A DNA stretch of 64,000 nt, from NCBI GenBank assembly GCA_965262115.1, contig OZ253496.1, positions 1,152,001 through 1,216,000 on the forward strand. The letters run 5' to 3'. The position numbers and the translations under genes are program-made. This DNA is from Nitrospinales bacterium (GTDB lineage: Bacteria; Nitrospinota; Nitrospinia; Nitrospinales; VA-1). Positions 39,568 to 50,427 of this stretch are shown piece by piece. Position 1 is the first letter of the stretch; each line of letters begins with the position of its first letter. The notes under the pieces are model-generated. The model was not told the DNA's origin and did no database searches. It saw only the letters and a program-made list of their open reading frames with translations.

Positions 39568-40731
39568 ATGAATATTTTGTTTAAACACCTCAATCCAGAT
39601 AAGAAAAAGCCCAAGTATTTAACCAAGCTTGACCAGATCCCCCAGTTGACCGAATCTGAAAAACGGGAACTGCAAAAAGTTAACGATAAGTTTGTATTCC
39701 GCACCAATGATTATTATCAGTCGCTGATTGATTGGGATGACCCTAATGATCCGATCAAACGGATCATCATGCCGGATGTTCAGGAACTCAGCGAGTGGGG
39801 CGAACTGGATGCCTCCAACGAAGAAAAATACACCAAAGTTCGCGGCTTGGAACATAAATATACCTCCACGGCTCTGCTTTTGGTCAACGAGGTTTGTGCC
39901 GCCTATTGCCGGTTCTGTTTTCGCAAACGCCTGTTCATGAATGAAAACGATGAGGTGACCAAAGACATCTCCGAGGGACTGGAATACATCAAAAATAACA
40001 AACAGATTAGTAACGTGCTACTGACCGGTGGCGATCCTCTGGTTATGTCCACCAGCAAGCTCGAACCCATCATCAAGCAACTTCGTGAGATCGACCATGT
40101 CAAGATTATCCGGATCGGTACCAAGGTTCCGGCTTTTAATCCTTTCAGAATATTGAATGATCCCTCTTTGCTGGAAATGTTCAAAACCTACAGCACGAGC
40201 GAAAAGAAAATCTACGTCATGGCGCATTTCAATCACCCGAGGGAGCTCACTCCGGAGGCCATTGAAGGCTTGAACCTGCTATTGAAGTCGGGAGTTTCGC
40301 TGGTCAACCAAACTCCTTTGGTACAAGGCGTCAACGATGACCCGGAAGTGCTTGCAGAATTGTTTTCTAAACTTTCCTATATTGGCGTTCCCCCGTATTA
40401 TGTCTTTCTGTGCCGCCCCACTCTGGGCAACGAAACTTACTCTGTACCGGTTGAACGTGGCTACGAAATATTTGAAAAGTCCAAGACCCTTTGTTCAGGT
40501 CTGGCCAAGCGTGCACGTCTGGTCATGTCGCATGAGTCCGGCAAAATTGAAGTGGTTGGAATGACCGAAGATCAGATTTTTTTCAAATATGCCCGAGCCG
40601 CAGAAGATAATAACAACGCCCGATTTCTGGCCTTTTACAGAAACCCCAAAGCCTGCTGGTTTGATGATTATCAGGAAACGCTGGATGAGTTTTCCTTATT
40701 TTCCGAGACTGCTAAAGCCGACTGCCTCTGA
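39568..40731 (+). CDS. KamA-family radical SAM aminomutase
   Basis: GLEHKY, CAAYCRFCFRKR, LTGGDPL, HFNHPRE, NQTPL, GKI. Confidence 0.9.
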   Translation: MNILFKHLNPDKKKPKYLTKLDQIPQLTESEKRELQKVNDKFVFRTNDYYQSLIDWDDPNDPIKRIIMPDVQELSEWGELDASNEEKYTKVRGLEHKYTSTALLLVNEVCAAYCRFCFRKRLFMNENDEVTKDISEGLEYIKNNKQISNVLLTGGDPLVMSTSKLEPIIKQLREIDHVKIIRIGTKVPAFNPFRILNDPSLLEMFKTYSTSEKKIYVMAHFNHPRELTPEAIEGLNLLLKSGVSLVNQTPLVQGVNDDPEVLAELFSKLSYIGVPPYYVFLCRPTLGNETYSVPVERGYEIFEKSKTLCSGLAKRARLVMSHESGKIEVVGMTEDQIFFKYARAAEDNNNARFLAFYRNPKACWFDDYQETLDEFSLFSETAKADCL

Positions 40732-40810
40732 ATCTCAAGGTTTACGCCTGAAGCAAGAAAACCACAACCTGCCTGTCATAGAAACCTAACCCTCTATTCA
40801 TTTTCAAAAA

Positions 40811-42730
40811 ATGGATATCGTTTTATTCCTTCTAATCATGCTTGCATTTCTGAGTGTCGGGAGAACCTTCACTCAAAAATTATGGCATTTGAATTTTACC
40901 GGCCCTGCTGAGACGTTTGTTTTTTCCTCTGCCTTAGGTTCAGTCATCGCCTCAGCGCTGGTAACCGGTCTGGCATTTACAGGCCAAGTCTCTTCTTCAA
41001 CCTGCTGGGCCGTGCTGGCAGTCCTGCTTGCATTCGGGCTGAGTTTTCTTAGAGAGTGCAGACAATGGAGATTTAAAACAGGTACAATTTTTTTTCCTTT
41101 GTCCCCGTTAAAAACTTCTATCCAGGTTATTTCAGGAGTTCTTATTCTCTTGTCATTGAGTCTCGCTCTGGCCCCGGCATTTGCCACCGATGCTCTGGTT
41201 TATCATCTGGCAGTGCCTAAGGCATTCCTTGAAGCAGGGGGCATCATCAACCTGCCGAACAATGTTTTTTCTTTTTATCCACAGCATATGGAGATGCTGT
41301 ACCTGTTTGCCCTGGCATTGGGAACGGACCATTTAGCCCAATTGACAGGATTGGGAATCGTCTTCCTGCTTCTTATCGCCCTGCACCAGTATTACCGGCA
41401 GAAAGGTTCGGCGACGTACGCCCTCCTGGTTCCGGTAGTGTTTCTTTCGACTCCCGCTTTTTTCACCGTGGCCTACTCAGCCTATGTTGATCTACAGACA
41501 GCGGCTTATGTCTTCATGGCCTTCTACGCCTGGGAAAACTGGCGAAGCCGAAAACAAATTGGCTGGTTTTACATTATGACTGTGTTCGCAGGGACAGCTT
41601 TGGCCACCAAGCTCTCCGCCGTAATCGTTTTGCCCCTGGCATTCCTCGGCGTTGTCCTGCAAGGCGAAACGTCTGCAAAAAAAGTTTTAGGGCGATGCTT
41701 TATCTTTGCATTTGTGGCTTTGCTTTTCATCTTTCCCTGGTGGGGGAGAAACTTTTTTTTCACCGGAAACCCTTTCGCCCTTTTTTTTATGCAGTTTTTT
41801 GGGGGAGATCAGGGCATGAACTGGGACCTCGCGCGTTCCCTGCAACATTTCCAATATTTCTCTTCCTACGGAATGGGACATGGCGTTCTGGACTTTTTAT
41901 TATTACCCATCAACCTGACATTTTTCGGCCAGCCTCATTCCCTTAAATTCGATGGCCAGATTGGCATTCTTTATTTCCTGCTTCTTCCCGCGTTGTTTGG
42001 CCTTCGACGGCAGTCAATTCCTATGGTCGTCACATTTTTTATACTCATGGTGTTCTGGTTTACCCAAACCCAGCAGGCCCGTTTGCTGGGTACCGCTTTC
42101 GCTTTTCTCGCCATTTTGTCGATAAAAGGGTTGGAAGAATGGTTTTCCTCACAAAAAAGCAACGTCGGGGAAAAGGAAAAAACCTTTTTACTCGCAGTCC
42201 TGGTGCTTGGGCTCACATTCAATACTTCCCTGATCGCAAAAACCTGGGCGCAGATTCAACCTTTACCCTATATCTTCCAGAAAGAAAGCCGGGAACCTTT
42301 TCTGATGCGACAAATCCCGGCTTATCCGGTCTACCTGTCCGCCAATCACATCGTCGAGCAAGATGAAAAAATATTATTGGTCTACATGAGAAACCTGGGT
42401 TTTCTAATGGACAAGCCCTTTTTCAGCGATTCTATTTTTGAAACCCACACCTTGAAAGAAATCATTGATGAAGAGGTTTATGCGGGGGATATCATCAATA
42501 GATTGAAGTCCATGGGCATCACCCATATCCTGTTCAACCATGAATTTGTTTTCGGGAAATACTCGGCGTTTTCACCGGGGGAAAGGGGAATCCTGAAAAA
42601 TTTCCTGGCCCGTCATGCTCAACGCATACTAGTAAAAAACGAGTTTTTCCTGTACCGCTTTGTGCTAGACTTGGAACCTGGAAATCCGAATAAAAACTCA
42701 GGCCTTATATCCGTTCCCCTGAATCATTGA
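40811..42730 (+). CDS. Polytopic GT-C-like membrane protein
   Basis: DALVYHL..PK, YVD, RN.F.TGNPF. Confidence 0.75.
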   Translation: MDIVLFLLIMLAFLSVGRTFTQKLWHLNFTGPAETFVFSSALGSVIASALVTGLAFTGQVSSSTCWAVLAVLLAFGLSFLRECRQWRFKTGTIFFPLSPLKTSIQVISGVLILLSLSLALAPAFATDALVYHLAVPKAFLEAGGIINLPNNVFSFYPQHMEMLYLFALALGTDHLAQLTGLGIVFLLLIALHQYYRQKGSATYALLVPVVFLSTPAFFTVAYSAYVDLQTAAYVFMAFYAWENWRSRKQIGWFYIMTVFAGTALATKLSAVIVLPLAFLGVVLQGETSAKKVLGRCFIFAFVALLFIFPWWGRNFFFTGNPFALFFMQFFGGDQGMNWDLARSLQHFQYFSSYGMGHGVLDFLLLPINLTFFGQPHSLKFDGQIGILYFLLLPALFGLRRQSIPMVVTFFILMVFWFTQTQQARLLGTAFAFLAILSIKGLEEWFSSQKSNVGEKEKTFLLAVLVLGLTFNTSLIAKTWAQIQPLPYIFQKESREPFLMRQIPAYPVYLSANHIVEQDEKILLVYMRNLGFLMDKPFFSDSIFETHTLKEIIDEEVYAGDIINRLKSMGITHILFNHEFVFGKYSAFSPGERGILKNFLARHAQRILVKNEFFLYRFVLDLEPGNPNKNSGLISVPLNH

Positions 42731-42770
42731 AGAATGGGTGTCGGGCTTTTATATTTGAAGGATAAGCAAT

Positions 42771-43373
42771 ATGGAGCGGCTTGCTGGTAAAAACATACTG
42801 ATCGTCATCCCCAAGGACTATTATATGGAGAGCGAACTCACTCCGGTTCTTGAGTCCATGAATGCGGAGGGGGCCAACATCTTAGTGGCCTCCAATAAAT
42901 TGAAAGAATCCGTCGGGATGAAGGGCGGCAAATTCAAACCGGATGTCCTGATTGTTGACGCAATAGAAGGCATCACCGGTGACAGTTATGTTTCCGCCGG
43001 CAAAGGGGTTCGCCAGATCAAAGGGGTTTTTCACGGGGTCATTGTCATAGGGGGAAATGGGGCCAGATCTTATCTGTGGAAAGATGAACTTCTGCGGCTA
43101 CTGATCAGTGACCGCTACCGCTCCCGGATGGTAATCGCAGCCATCGGTAGCGCCGTTCCTTGCCTTGGGAAAGCCGGACTCCTGCAAAGCCTCGAAGTCA
43201 CCACCGAGGCCGGAAACAAAAAAGCTATCGCTGCTTTGGAAGATTCCAAAGCCATTCTTGTGAATGAGCCGATGACCGTCACCGACCGTATTTTCACAGT
43301 GCGGGACGCAAACGCTATTCCTGCTTTTCTTGACCCCTTCATAGAAGAAGTGGCGAAAACACCTACAAAATAA
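42771..43373 (+). CDS. DJ-1/PfpI family protein
   Basis: E.E...P, VIGGNGA, IAAIGSAV (Cys of the usual AIC motif is absent). Confidence 0.8.
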   Translation: MERLAGKNILIVIPKDYYMESELTPVLESMNAEGANILVASNKLKESVGMKGGKFKPDVLIVDAIEGITGDSYVSAGKGVRQIKGVFHGVIVIGGNGARSYLWKDELLRLLISDRYRSRMVIAAIGSAVPCLGKAGLLQSLEVTTEAGNKKAIAALEDSKAILVNEPMTVTDRIFTVRDANAIPAFLDPFIEEVAKTPTK

Positions 43374-43382
43374 CCATTCTTC

Positions 43383-43733
43383 TCAGCCCTGACTCCGTCT
43401 TTCTTCTTGAGTTAGGATGATTTTCAACCTGAGCTTGATCGCGTCATTCAGACTTTGGACAATGCGATCGTTAGAATCCGGGAAATGCAGCTTCTGGTTG
43501 AACTCATCCAGTGAGTGGGTTTCAAGCAACTTGGCAAACGCCTCGTCCACAAAAGGCCGGGTCATCTTCATCACACCCTCAAAATAGACGGAAATTTTTT
43601 CGTACTTGTCCCAGTTTTCAAGGATGAGATTTTGGATCGTATCCCCTGCAGGCGCCCCCTCCTCCGACGTTCTTCCCGCCGGGGTCGAGGTGCCCATGAT
43701 TTTATAAACGTCGATTTTAAATTCGTCTTCCAT
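43383..43733 (-). CDS. STAS-like DUF4325 protein
   Basis: F.GV......FVDEAFAKL. Confidence 0.7.
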   Translation of the reverse strand: MEDEFKIDVYKIMGTSTPAGRTSEEGAPAGDTIQNLILENWDKYEKISVYFEGVMKMTRPFVDEAFAKLLETHSLDEFNQKLHFPDSNDRIVQSLNDAIKLRLKIILTQEERRSQG

Positions 43734-43763
43734 ATTTACTCGGCCTTAACGGGAATACTTTCC

Positions 43764-44270
43764 CTAACGGTTAACAATTTTAACGGACTTCATTTCCACT
43801 CTTTCATCGGGGTTGTCCTTGGGGTCACGCGGTACATTGACGATCTTGTCGACAACTTCCATTCCCTTAATCACCCTGCCGAAAACCGTATACTGGTTGT
43901 CCAGAAAATGCGAGTCCTTGACCACAATATAAAACTGCGAACCGGCACTGTTGGGGTCCTGTGACCGCGCCATTGACAGAATTCCCCGGTCATGCGGCGT
44001 GTCATTGAACTCAGCATCAATGGAATAGCCTGGCCCACCCGTTCCATGCGTGGAGCGATCCTCGCTCTTAGAGTTGGAGTCCCCACCCTGAATCATAAAA
44101 CCGGGAATCACACGGTGGAACGTGGTGCCATCGTAATAACCCTTATTGGCCAGGTCTTTAAAGTTTTTGACATGGCCAGGTGCTTTATCTTCCAGAAACT
44201 CCAGCTCAATGTTTCCCATCGTCGTTTCTAATATTGCAATCTCATTGCTTTCCACATCGGTACCGGTCAT
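43764..44270 (-). CDS. Cyclophilin PPIase without signal peptide
   Basis: FHRVIPGFMIQGGD, SAGSQF. Confidence 0.92.
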   Translation of the reverse strand: MTGTDVESNEIAILETTMGNIELEFLEDKAPGHVKNFKDLANKGYYDGTTFHRVIPGFMIQGGDSNSKSEDRSTHGTGGPGYSIDAEFNDTPHDRGILSMARSQDPNSAGSQFYIVVKDSHFLDNQYTVFGRVIKGMEVVDKIVNVPRDPKDNPDERVEMKSVKIVNR

Positions 44271-44471
44271 CAATACACCTATAAAGAATGGGTATAAGGC
44301 CTATCAGCATCTTCAGAAAATAGAAGAAACCTTCCTCACCCCTGTTATTGTTTTAAGCGGAAACGCTGTTCAATGTACAGAGCATCATCCGCCGATTTAA
44401 TCAACTACATTACAAAACCCACTTGAGGGCCAATGTTTTTGAAATACTCTGATAGACAAAAAAAGCTCTGC

Positions 44472-45026
44472 CTAACGGTTAACAATTTTAACGGACTTCA
44501 TTTCCACTCTTTTGTCGGGGTTGTCCCGGGAATCGCGCGATACGCTCACGATCTTGTCGACAACTTCCATTCCCTTAATCACCCTGCCAAAAACAGTATA
44601 CTGGTTGTCCAGAAAATGCGAGTCCTTGACCACAATATAAAACTGCGAACCGGCACTATCAGGGTCCTGTGACCGCGCCATTGACAAAATTCCCCGGTCA
44701 TGTGGCGTATCATTGAATTCCGCCTTGATGGTGTAACCGGGGCCTCCCATTCCGTGTGTGGAACGGTTTGTGCTCTTGGAATTGGGGTCCCCACCCTGAA
44801 TCATAAAACCGGGAATCACACGGTGGAACGTGGTGCCATCATAAAAGCCCTTCTTGGCCAGGTCTTTAAAGTTTTTGACATGGCCAGGTGCTTTATCTTC
44901 CAGAAACTCTAACTCAATGTTTCCCATCGTCGTCTCTATTATTGCAATCTCACCACCGAACGCCGAGGTTCCAGCCATCAGCACACCCATCAGGCACACG
45001 GCAATTCCTTTAACAAACAAATTCAT
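44472..45026 (-). CDS. Cyclophilin PPIase with signal peptide
   Basis: Signal peptide plus the same cyclophilin core. Confidence 0.93.
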   Translation of the reverse strand: MNLFVKGIAVCLMGVLMAGTSAFGGEIAIIETTMGNIELEFLEDKAPGHVKNFKDLAKKGFYDGTTFHRVIPGFMIQGGDPNSKSTNRSTHGMGGPGYTIKAEFNDTPHDRGILSMARSQDPDSAGSQFYIVVKDSHFLDNQYTVFGRVIKGMEVVDKIVSVSRDSRDNPDKRVEMKSVKIVNR

Positions 45027-45192
45027 GAAACCTCCAGATAAAAAAGGGATAATAGTCAGACATATTAATTTGTTTCCCGATTTTTATTTAATATGTTTCC
45101 GGGAAAAATATGTTTCCGGGAAAAATGATTCGATCAGGATAATTTAAAAAGAGGTATTTTAGCAGGTTGCCGGGAAAGTCTCAATAAATGTC

Positions 45193-45314
45193 ATGAGCCT
45201 TAAATCCGCATTTCTCATTTGCAACTACCTTTTGGCCGGACTGGCCCTGGCCTGTCTGGTTTTGAGCAAGATTTATTCTCCCCTGTCCGGCCTGATATTC
45301 TCTGTCGGCATCGT
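45193..45314 (+). pseudogene. N-terminal membrane-protein stub truncated by a MITE
   Basis: GAGG upstream, two hydrophobic segments, frame runs into the MITE. Confidence 0.5.
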
Positions 45315-45513
45315 CCTCTGCATAAGTCGAAGAATCGAGATGCTTCGAGATACCCCTACGGGGCAAGAATTCAAAGGTCAAATATCACTAGCTCAGCATG
45401 ACAATACTGGGCCATTTTGTCATTCTGAACGATTGCATTGTCATTCTGAACGCAGTGAAGAATCTCGTTGTCTGTCGTGCCCCGCAGGGGTTCTCGGGTT
45501 ATGCAAAGCTCTC
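45315..45513. mobile_element. MITE copy (inverted relative to 25324-25528) with mini-element at 45351-45389
   Basis: CCTCTGCATAAGTCG...TTATGCAAAGCTCTC; internal segment is the reverse complement of about 25407-25495. Confidence 0.8.
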
Positions 45514-45622
45514 ATCACAAAGGGGTTGACAGGCCACCCCGCCTGCGAAATAATAGGCTAATTCACTATTTTTTAAGCACTTATATTAGCCGGGCCGGAG
45601 CATTGCGGTTCGGCACTTTATA

Positions 45623-46762
45623 TTGAAACAAATCCTGTTTATGGACGTTTACTGGGAACAATTCAAGACCCCTTTCCTCTGTTTTGCCGGGTTTTCCGGG
45701 GTGGGCAAGACCACCTTGCTGGAACGGTTGATCAAACGGTTTACTGAAGAAGACATCCGTGTTGGCTACTATAAACACGATGCGCACCGTTTTTCAATCG
45801 ACAAGGAGGGTAAGGACACAGCCCGGGCCACCCATGCCGGTGCCGGCATCACCACGATCAATGATCCCCGGCACTTTGCCATCGTTGCCGACAACGCCTT
45901 TAAGAAACGTTCGATCACCCATGCTCTGGAACAATGCGACTGTATTCTGATCGAAGGGTACAAACAATCCCCCTTCGACAAGATCGTTTTTCTCGATCCG
46001 GAAGGACAGTTGCCAATTCCTTCGGAAATTCCCGGCATCAAGGCCGTTGTCCATCAAGGAATCATCGGTGAAGGCCTGCCTGATGTCCCGCGTTTTCACC
46101 GCGATGAAATCGAGCCCATCTACCAGTTCGTGCGCGATCATTTCAAAAGCCAGGAAAGTGAACTCTATGGAGCAGTGTTTGTAGGCGGACAAAGCAAGCG
46201 CATGGGAAAACCCAAGTTCTCGCTTTCTTATAACGGCATCTCGGAAACCGAACGCCTGATACAGGTTTTGCAAAAGTTCTGCGATAAAGTGATGCTGTCT
46301 TCAAGAGCCAACTTGGACATGGGATTTTTAGGCAACCTGACCAATGTCGAGCGGGTCAACGATGACCATACCGGACTCGGACCCGTAGGAGGACTGGCCA
46401 CCTTGATGGGCCGGTTCCCGGAAAAAGCCTGGCTGGTCACCGCCTGCGACATGCCTTTCCTCGATGAAAAAAATATCAAAACCATTGTCGAAGCCCGCGA
46501 CCCACTCCGCTACGGCACCTGTTATATCCAGAAAGGTGGGCTGGGTGTCGAACCTATGTGCGCTATCTATGAACCCAAATTCATTCTTCCGCTTTATGAA
46601 GCCATGTCGCGGCGTGAACTGTCGCCCACACGCCTCATCAGCGAACTGCCGTTCAAGCAGGTCAAGATCGCCGAAACCGACCGCTACAATTTTATGAACG
46701 TCAACACGCCCGAAGAATACGAAATTGCCCGCTCAAAAAGGGAGAAGGAAAATATGCCATAA
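45623..46762 (+). CDS. mobB: MobB-MobA fusion (Mo-bisPGD synthesis)
   Basis: GFSGVGKTTL, KHDAH, EGYK; GGQSKRMG.PK, GPVGGL, ACDMP, NVNTPEE. Confidence 0.9.
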   Translation: MKQILFMDVYWEQFKTPFLCFAGFSGVGKTTLLERLIKRFTEEDIRVGYYKHDAHRFSIDKEGKDTARATHAGAGITTINDPRHFAIVADNAFKKRSITHALEQCDCILIEGYKQSPFDKIVFLDPEGQLPIPSEIPGIKAVVHQGIIGEGLPDVPRFHRDEIEPIYQFVRDHFKSQESELYGAVFVGGQSKRMGKPKFSLSYNGISETERLIQVLQKFCDKVMLSSRANLDMGFLGNLTNVERVNDDHTGLGPVGGLATLMGRFPEKAWLVTACDMPFLDEKNIKTIVEARDPLRYGTCYIQKGGLGVEPMCAIYEPKFILPLYEAMSRRELSPTRLISELPFKQVKIAETDRYNFMNVNTPEEYEIARSKREKENMP

Positions 46763-46821
46763 TAGCAACCCATTAGCTTGAGCATTGCATGAGTATACCT
46801 GGTGAGGATAAAAACATTGTC

Positions 46822-46880
46822 AAACCACCATCACCTCAATCCTCTCCCTCCAGGGGAGAGGATTGAGGTGATGGTGGTTT
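46822..46880. repeat. Perfect 27-bp inverted repeat
   Basis: AAACCACCATCACCTCAATCCTCTCCC-TCCAG-exact reverse complement. Confidence 0.9.
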
Positions 46881-46959
46881 AATATGACTGAACTCAACCC
46901 CATAATCATTTGTCCATACAAAATACAGATTGAAGTGACCAACTATTAGAGGCACCATC

Positions 46960-48171
46960 ATGAGTATGATCCCGGTCCAGGAAGCGCTGGACAAAATCCT
47001 TGCAAAAATTAATTTCAAAGGGGTGGAGAAGGTTTCTCTCGATGAGGCCCTGGGCAGAGTGCTGGCAGAAGATGTCGTCTCCCGAATCAGCAACCCACCG
47101 CTCGACAACTCTGCGATGGATGGTTATGCCCTGATTGCCGCAGACATTCAGTCTGCCACCCCGGAAAATCCGGTCAAGCTGGAAGTGGTCGAAGAAATTG
47201 CCGCCGGGTACACAGCCAAAGGCACGTTGAAACCGGGTCAGGCCATGCGCATCATGACGGGCGCACCCATCCCGCCCGGCGCCACTGCCGTGCTCATGCA
47301 GGAAGACACTGAAAAAGCCGGTACCTCCATCCTCTGCATGGATAAAGCCCACGACCAGGAAAATATCCGCGAAGCCGGGGAAGATGTGAAGGTCGGTGAA
47401 TCCGTCCTCAAAAAAGGAACCACCCTGAGCCCGGCCCATATCGGTATGCTGGCGGTGGTGGGCCGGTCACAGATCGCCGTCAGCCAGCGTCCCACGGTGG
47501 CGATTTTATCCACCGGTGATGAGATTCTTGAAATGGATGAAACACCAGAAGGCCCGCAAATCTTCAACAGCAACGGTCACATGCTGGCGGCGCAGATCAA
47601 ATCCGCCGGCGGCATTCCCGTTTATCTGGGCATCGCCAGGGATACCGAAGAAGACCTGATGGAAAAATTCGCATGGGCCCTGAAAGCCGATATCGTGGTT
47701 TCATCCGGCGGCGTGAGTGTGGGCGACTATGATCTGGTCAAGTCCACCCTGCAGAAGATGGGCCAGGAAATGCTGTTCTGGAAAGTAGCGATGAAACCGG
47801 GCAAACCCCTGGCCTTCGGCCGCATCGGCGAGACCCCGGTTTTTGGGCTGCCGGGCAATCCCGTATCCTCCTTCGTTTCGTTCGAGCAATTTGTACGCCC
47901 ATCCTTGAGAAAGGTGCTGGGCTGTTCTGACCTGTCCCGCAAAACGGTGCAGGCCAAACTGACACGGACCATCCACAAGAAACCGGGCCGACTGCATTTT
48001 CTCAGTTCTATTGTGTCCTGGACCAATGGCGAATACACCGTCACCCCGGCGGGAGAACAAGGTTCAGGAATTTTGAAATCTGCCGCTAACACTAATGGCT
48101 TGCTGATCTTTCCGCTGGAGGCGGAAGAGATTCAACAAGGCCAGGAAGTGGCCGTCCAACTGCTGGAATAA
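46960..48171 (+). CDS. moeA: Molybdopterin molybdotransferase
   Basis: SAMDGYA, STGDE, SGGVSVGD.D, KPGKP, GLPGNP. Confidence 0.96.
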   Translation: MSMIPVQEALDKILAKINFKGVEKVSLDEALGRVLAEDVVSRISNPPLDNSAMDGYALIAADIQSATPENPVKLEVVEEIAAGYTAKGTLKPGQAMRIMTGAPIPPGATAVLMQEDTEKAGTSILCMDKAHDQENIREAGEDVKVGESVLKKGTTLSPAHIGMLAVVGRSQIAVSQRPTVAILSTGDEILEMDETPEGPQIFNSNGHMLAAQIKSAGGIPVYLGIARDTEEDLMEKFAWALKADIVVSSGGVSVGDYDLVKSTLQKMGQEMLFWKVAMKPGKPLAFGRIGETPVFGLPGNPVSSFVSFEQFVRPSLRKVLGCSDLSRKTVQAKLTRTIHKKPGRLHFLSSIVSWTNGEYTVTPAGEQGSGILKSAANTNGLLIFPLEAEEIQQGQEVAVQLLE

Positions 48172-48366
48172 ATCGGTGCTATGAAATTTTTACATAACTT
48201 ATTTCCACAGAGATTACCCGTGCCGGGCACGATGGTTAAGGAAGAGCAACCCCCCTGGCCCCTCTTGACAGGGGGGAACCTGATCGTCCCCCTGACAAGG
48301 GGGATTGAGGGGGTTAAACATTCCCCATTAACAGGCAAAAAAACTCCTGCCCGAAGACCTGGAGTA

Positions 48367-50235
48367 GTGAAAAGACGAACAAAAAACCTGAATCGCCGCA
48401 CCGCTTCACGGCCCGCAACGACGGCTTGCGCAAAACTCTCCTTTCTCATGGCCCTGATCCTGATCTTGCCGGTCAACGCGTGGGCTCAGTCGAGCGCGTC
48501 TCTCGACCGGATGATCAGTCAGATCGAGTCGCTGTTCCCGCCTCTTGAAGGCTATGTGATCGAGGTGGAAGGTTCCGGCCTGACTCTCGACCTCAGGCAA
48601 GGGATGCCGGTGGAACCCGGTGACCGGTTAATACTCATCCGCTATGGCCGGGAACTGTTCCACCCCGTCACCAAGAAAAAAATAGGCCGCAAGGAAACCG
48701 ATCTCGGTGAGGTGGAAGTGCTGGAAGTGAGAAAGAATTTTTCCAGAGCCCGTGCTCTGGACCCGACGGTGCTCCCGAAAGAAGGCGACGGGGTGAGAAG
48801 CCCGTTCCAAAAACTTTCATTTCTGGTCGCTCCACCCCAAATAAAAACCAAAAAGAAAGTCAATGCCAACCGCCTGCGTTACAACCTTGAATCTCGCTTA
48901 AACCGGCACCCCAGGTTTGAAGTTCCTTCATTCGACCTCGGATTGTGGATGGCCGAAGAAAAACTCAACATCAAGACGGCCCTGCAACCCAGGAACCTGG
49001 AAAAACTGCATCGCAAGGTCGAGGCCGACTTCATTCTGGTTCCCAGCGTCCGTTCTGTGAAAGGAAAAATGGCGCTGAACTACAAGCTGATCTCAGCCAT
49101 TGACGGTTCCCTTAAAAAACAAGCCGACATCATGTCCGAAGGTCTGCCGACCCCGGATGCGCCGAGGGAACGGAGTCGCGGAGCACAATCCAGCTTTAAG
49201 CACAAAGGTGATTTGTTCAAGTTTATCTCCAAACAGGAGTTTCATTATGAGATGGTCGACTTCGATGTCGGCGATTTGAACGGTGATGGCAAGAACGAGT
49301 TCGTGCTCATCGACCGCTATCGGGTGATGATATTTGAAAACAAAAAGGGCCGTTTGAAAAGAATCAGCACGGTCAGGACCAGCAAAACCGCCAACCATTT
49401 TCTCGGCGTCGATGTGGCAGACATCAACGGCAATGGCCGGGCTGAAATTTTTGTCACCAACCAGGTCGGCGACAGACTGGAATCTTTCTCTCTGGAAAGT
49501 AACCCGAAACAAAAAAGGTTCAACTATACATGGAAAGACGCCAACCTCTATTTTCGTATCATCCGGCCTATGGGGAAGCGGCCCATATTGATGTCGCAAA
49601 GTCCCGGATTTCAAAATCCGTTTCACGGCCCGATCAAAAAAGTGTTGTTCAAAAACGGAAAATACCGGCAAGGCCCCAAGCTGAACACCCCCGACGTATA
49701 TGGGACACACTTCATATTATATGGACTGACGCAAGAAGACCTGAACCGTAACGGGACGGCGGAAACCATAGTGCTTGATAATAATTATCATTTAAGAGTA
49801 TATGCCGCCAACGGGCGGCTGGTAGTAAAATCAGATGATTACTACGGTCATGATCCGCGCCTGATCGAGGTCGGAGTCAAAGAGGAAATCGCCGGCCTGG
49901 TCCGTCAGGGTGAACCGGTACGTTTTAAAGGTCGGCTGGAATTTGTCAAAATGGGCGGCAGCCGCTACCTTTTGCTGCCCATGAACCAGACCCTGGGCGG
50001 AGGGTTTTTAGACCGGCTGGTGATCGTGGAAAATTCAGGCCTGGCCCTACTGCGGCTGACCGGAGAAGGCTTTGAAAAAGCCTTTGAGTCCAGCAAACAA
50101 AAGGGTTTTCTGGCAACTTACCGGGTGATTCCCCATAAGAATGGAGCCGGGGTTTATATGCTCCGGGTCGATAAGGACATTTTGACCGGCAGCGTGTTCA
50201 GCGCACTGTCGACTTATGAGTGGTCGGTTGAGTAA
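48367..50235 (+). CDS. Exported FG-GAP/VCBS-repeat protein
   Basis: GGAG + GTG start, signal ...NAWA, GDLNGDGKNE, ADINGNGRAE. Confidence 0.75.
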   Translation: MKRRTKNLNRRTASRPATTACAKLSFLMALILILPVNAWAQSSASLDRMISQIESLFPPLEGYVIEVEGSGLTLDLRQGMPVEPGDRLILIRYGRELFHPVTKKKIGRKETDLGEVEVLEVRKNFSRARALDPTVLPKEGDGVRSPFQKLSFLVAPPQIKTKKKVNANRLRYNLESRLNRHPRFEVPSFDLGLWMAEEKLNIKTALQPRNLEKLHRKVEADFILVPSVRSVKGKMALNYKLISAIDGSLKKQADIMSEGLPTPDAPRERSRGAQSSFKHKGDLFKFISKQEFHYEMVDFDVGDLNGDGKNEFVLIDRYRVMIFENKKGRLKRISTVRTSKTANHFLGVDVADINGNGRAEIFVTNQVGDRLESFSLESNPKQKRFNYTWKDANLYFRIIRPMGKRPILMSQSPGFQNPFHGPIKKVLFKNGKYRQGPKLNTPDVYGTHFILYGLTQEDLNRNGTAETIVLDNNYHLRVYAANGRLVVKSDDYYGHDPRLIEVGVKEEIAGLVRQGEPVRFKGRLEFVKMGGSRYLLLPMNQTLGGGFLDRLVIVENSGLALLRLTGEGFEKAFESSKQKGFLATYRVIPHKNGAGVYMLRVDKDILTGSVFSALSTYEWSVE

Positions 50236-50308
50236 GGGACTTTCTACATCCCTCCCTTCATAAGGGAGGGGAAACATTACTGAATATGGTTCCTCCCCCT
50301 CTCATGAG

Positions 50309-50427
50309 GGGAGCTTTGCATAACCCAAGATTCTTCGTTGCAATAGCTCCTCAGAATGACAAAATGGCCCAGTATTATCATGCTGAGCTAGTGTATTTGA
50401 CCTTTGAATTCTTGCCGCGGAGGGGTG
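50309..50427. mobile_element. Truncated MITE copy with empty site for the first mini-element
   Basis: GGGAGCTTTGCATAACCCAAGATTCTTCG; shares CAGAATGACAAAATGGCCCAGTATT. Confidence 0.75.

Noticed and set aside
48181..48366. N-terminal extension of the FG-GAP protein
   Set aside because: It reads through repeat DNA; the GTG at 48367 has an RBS and leads to the signal peptide
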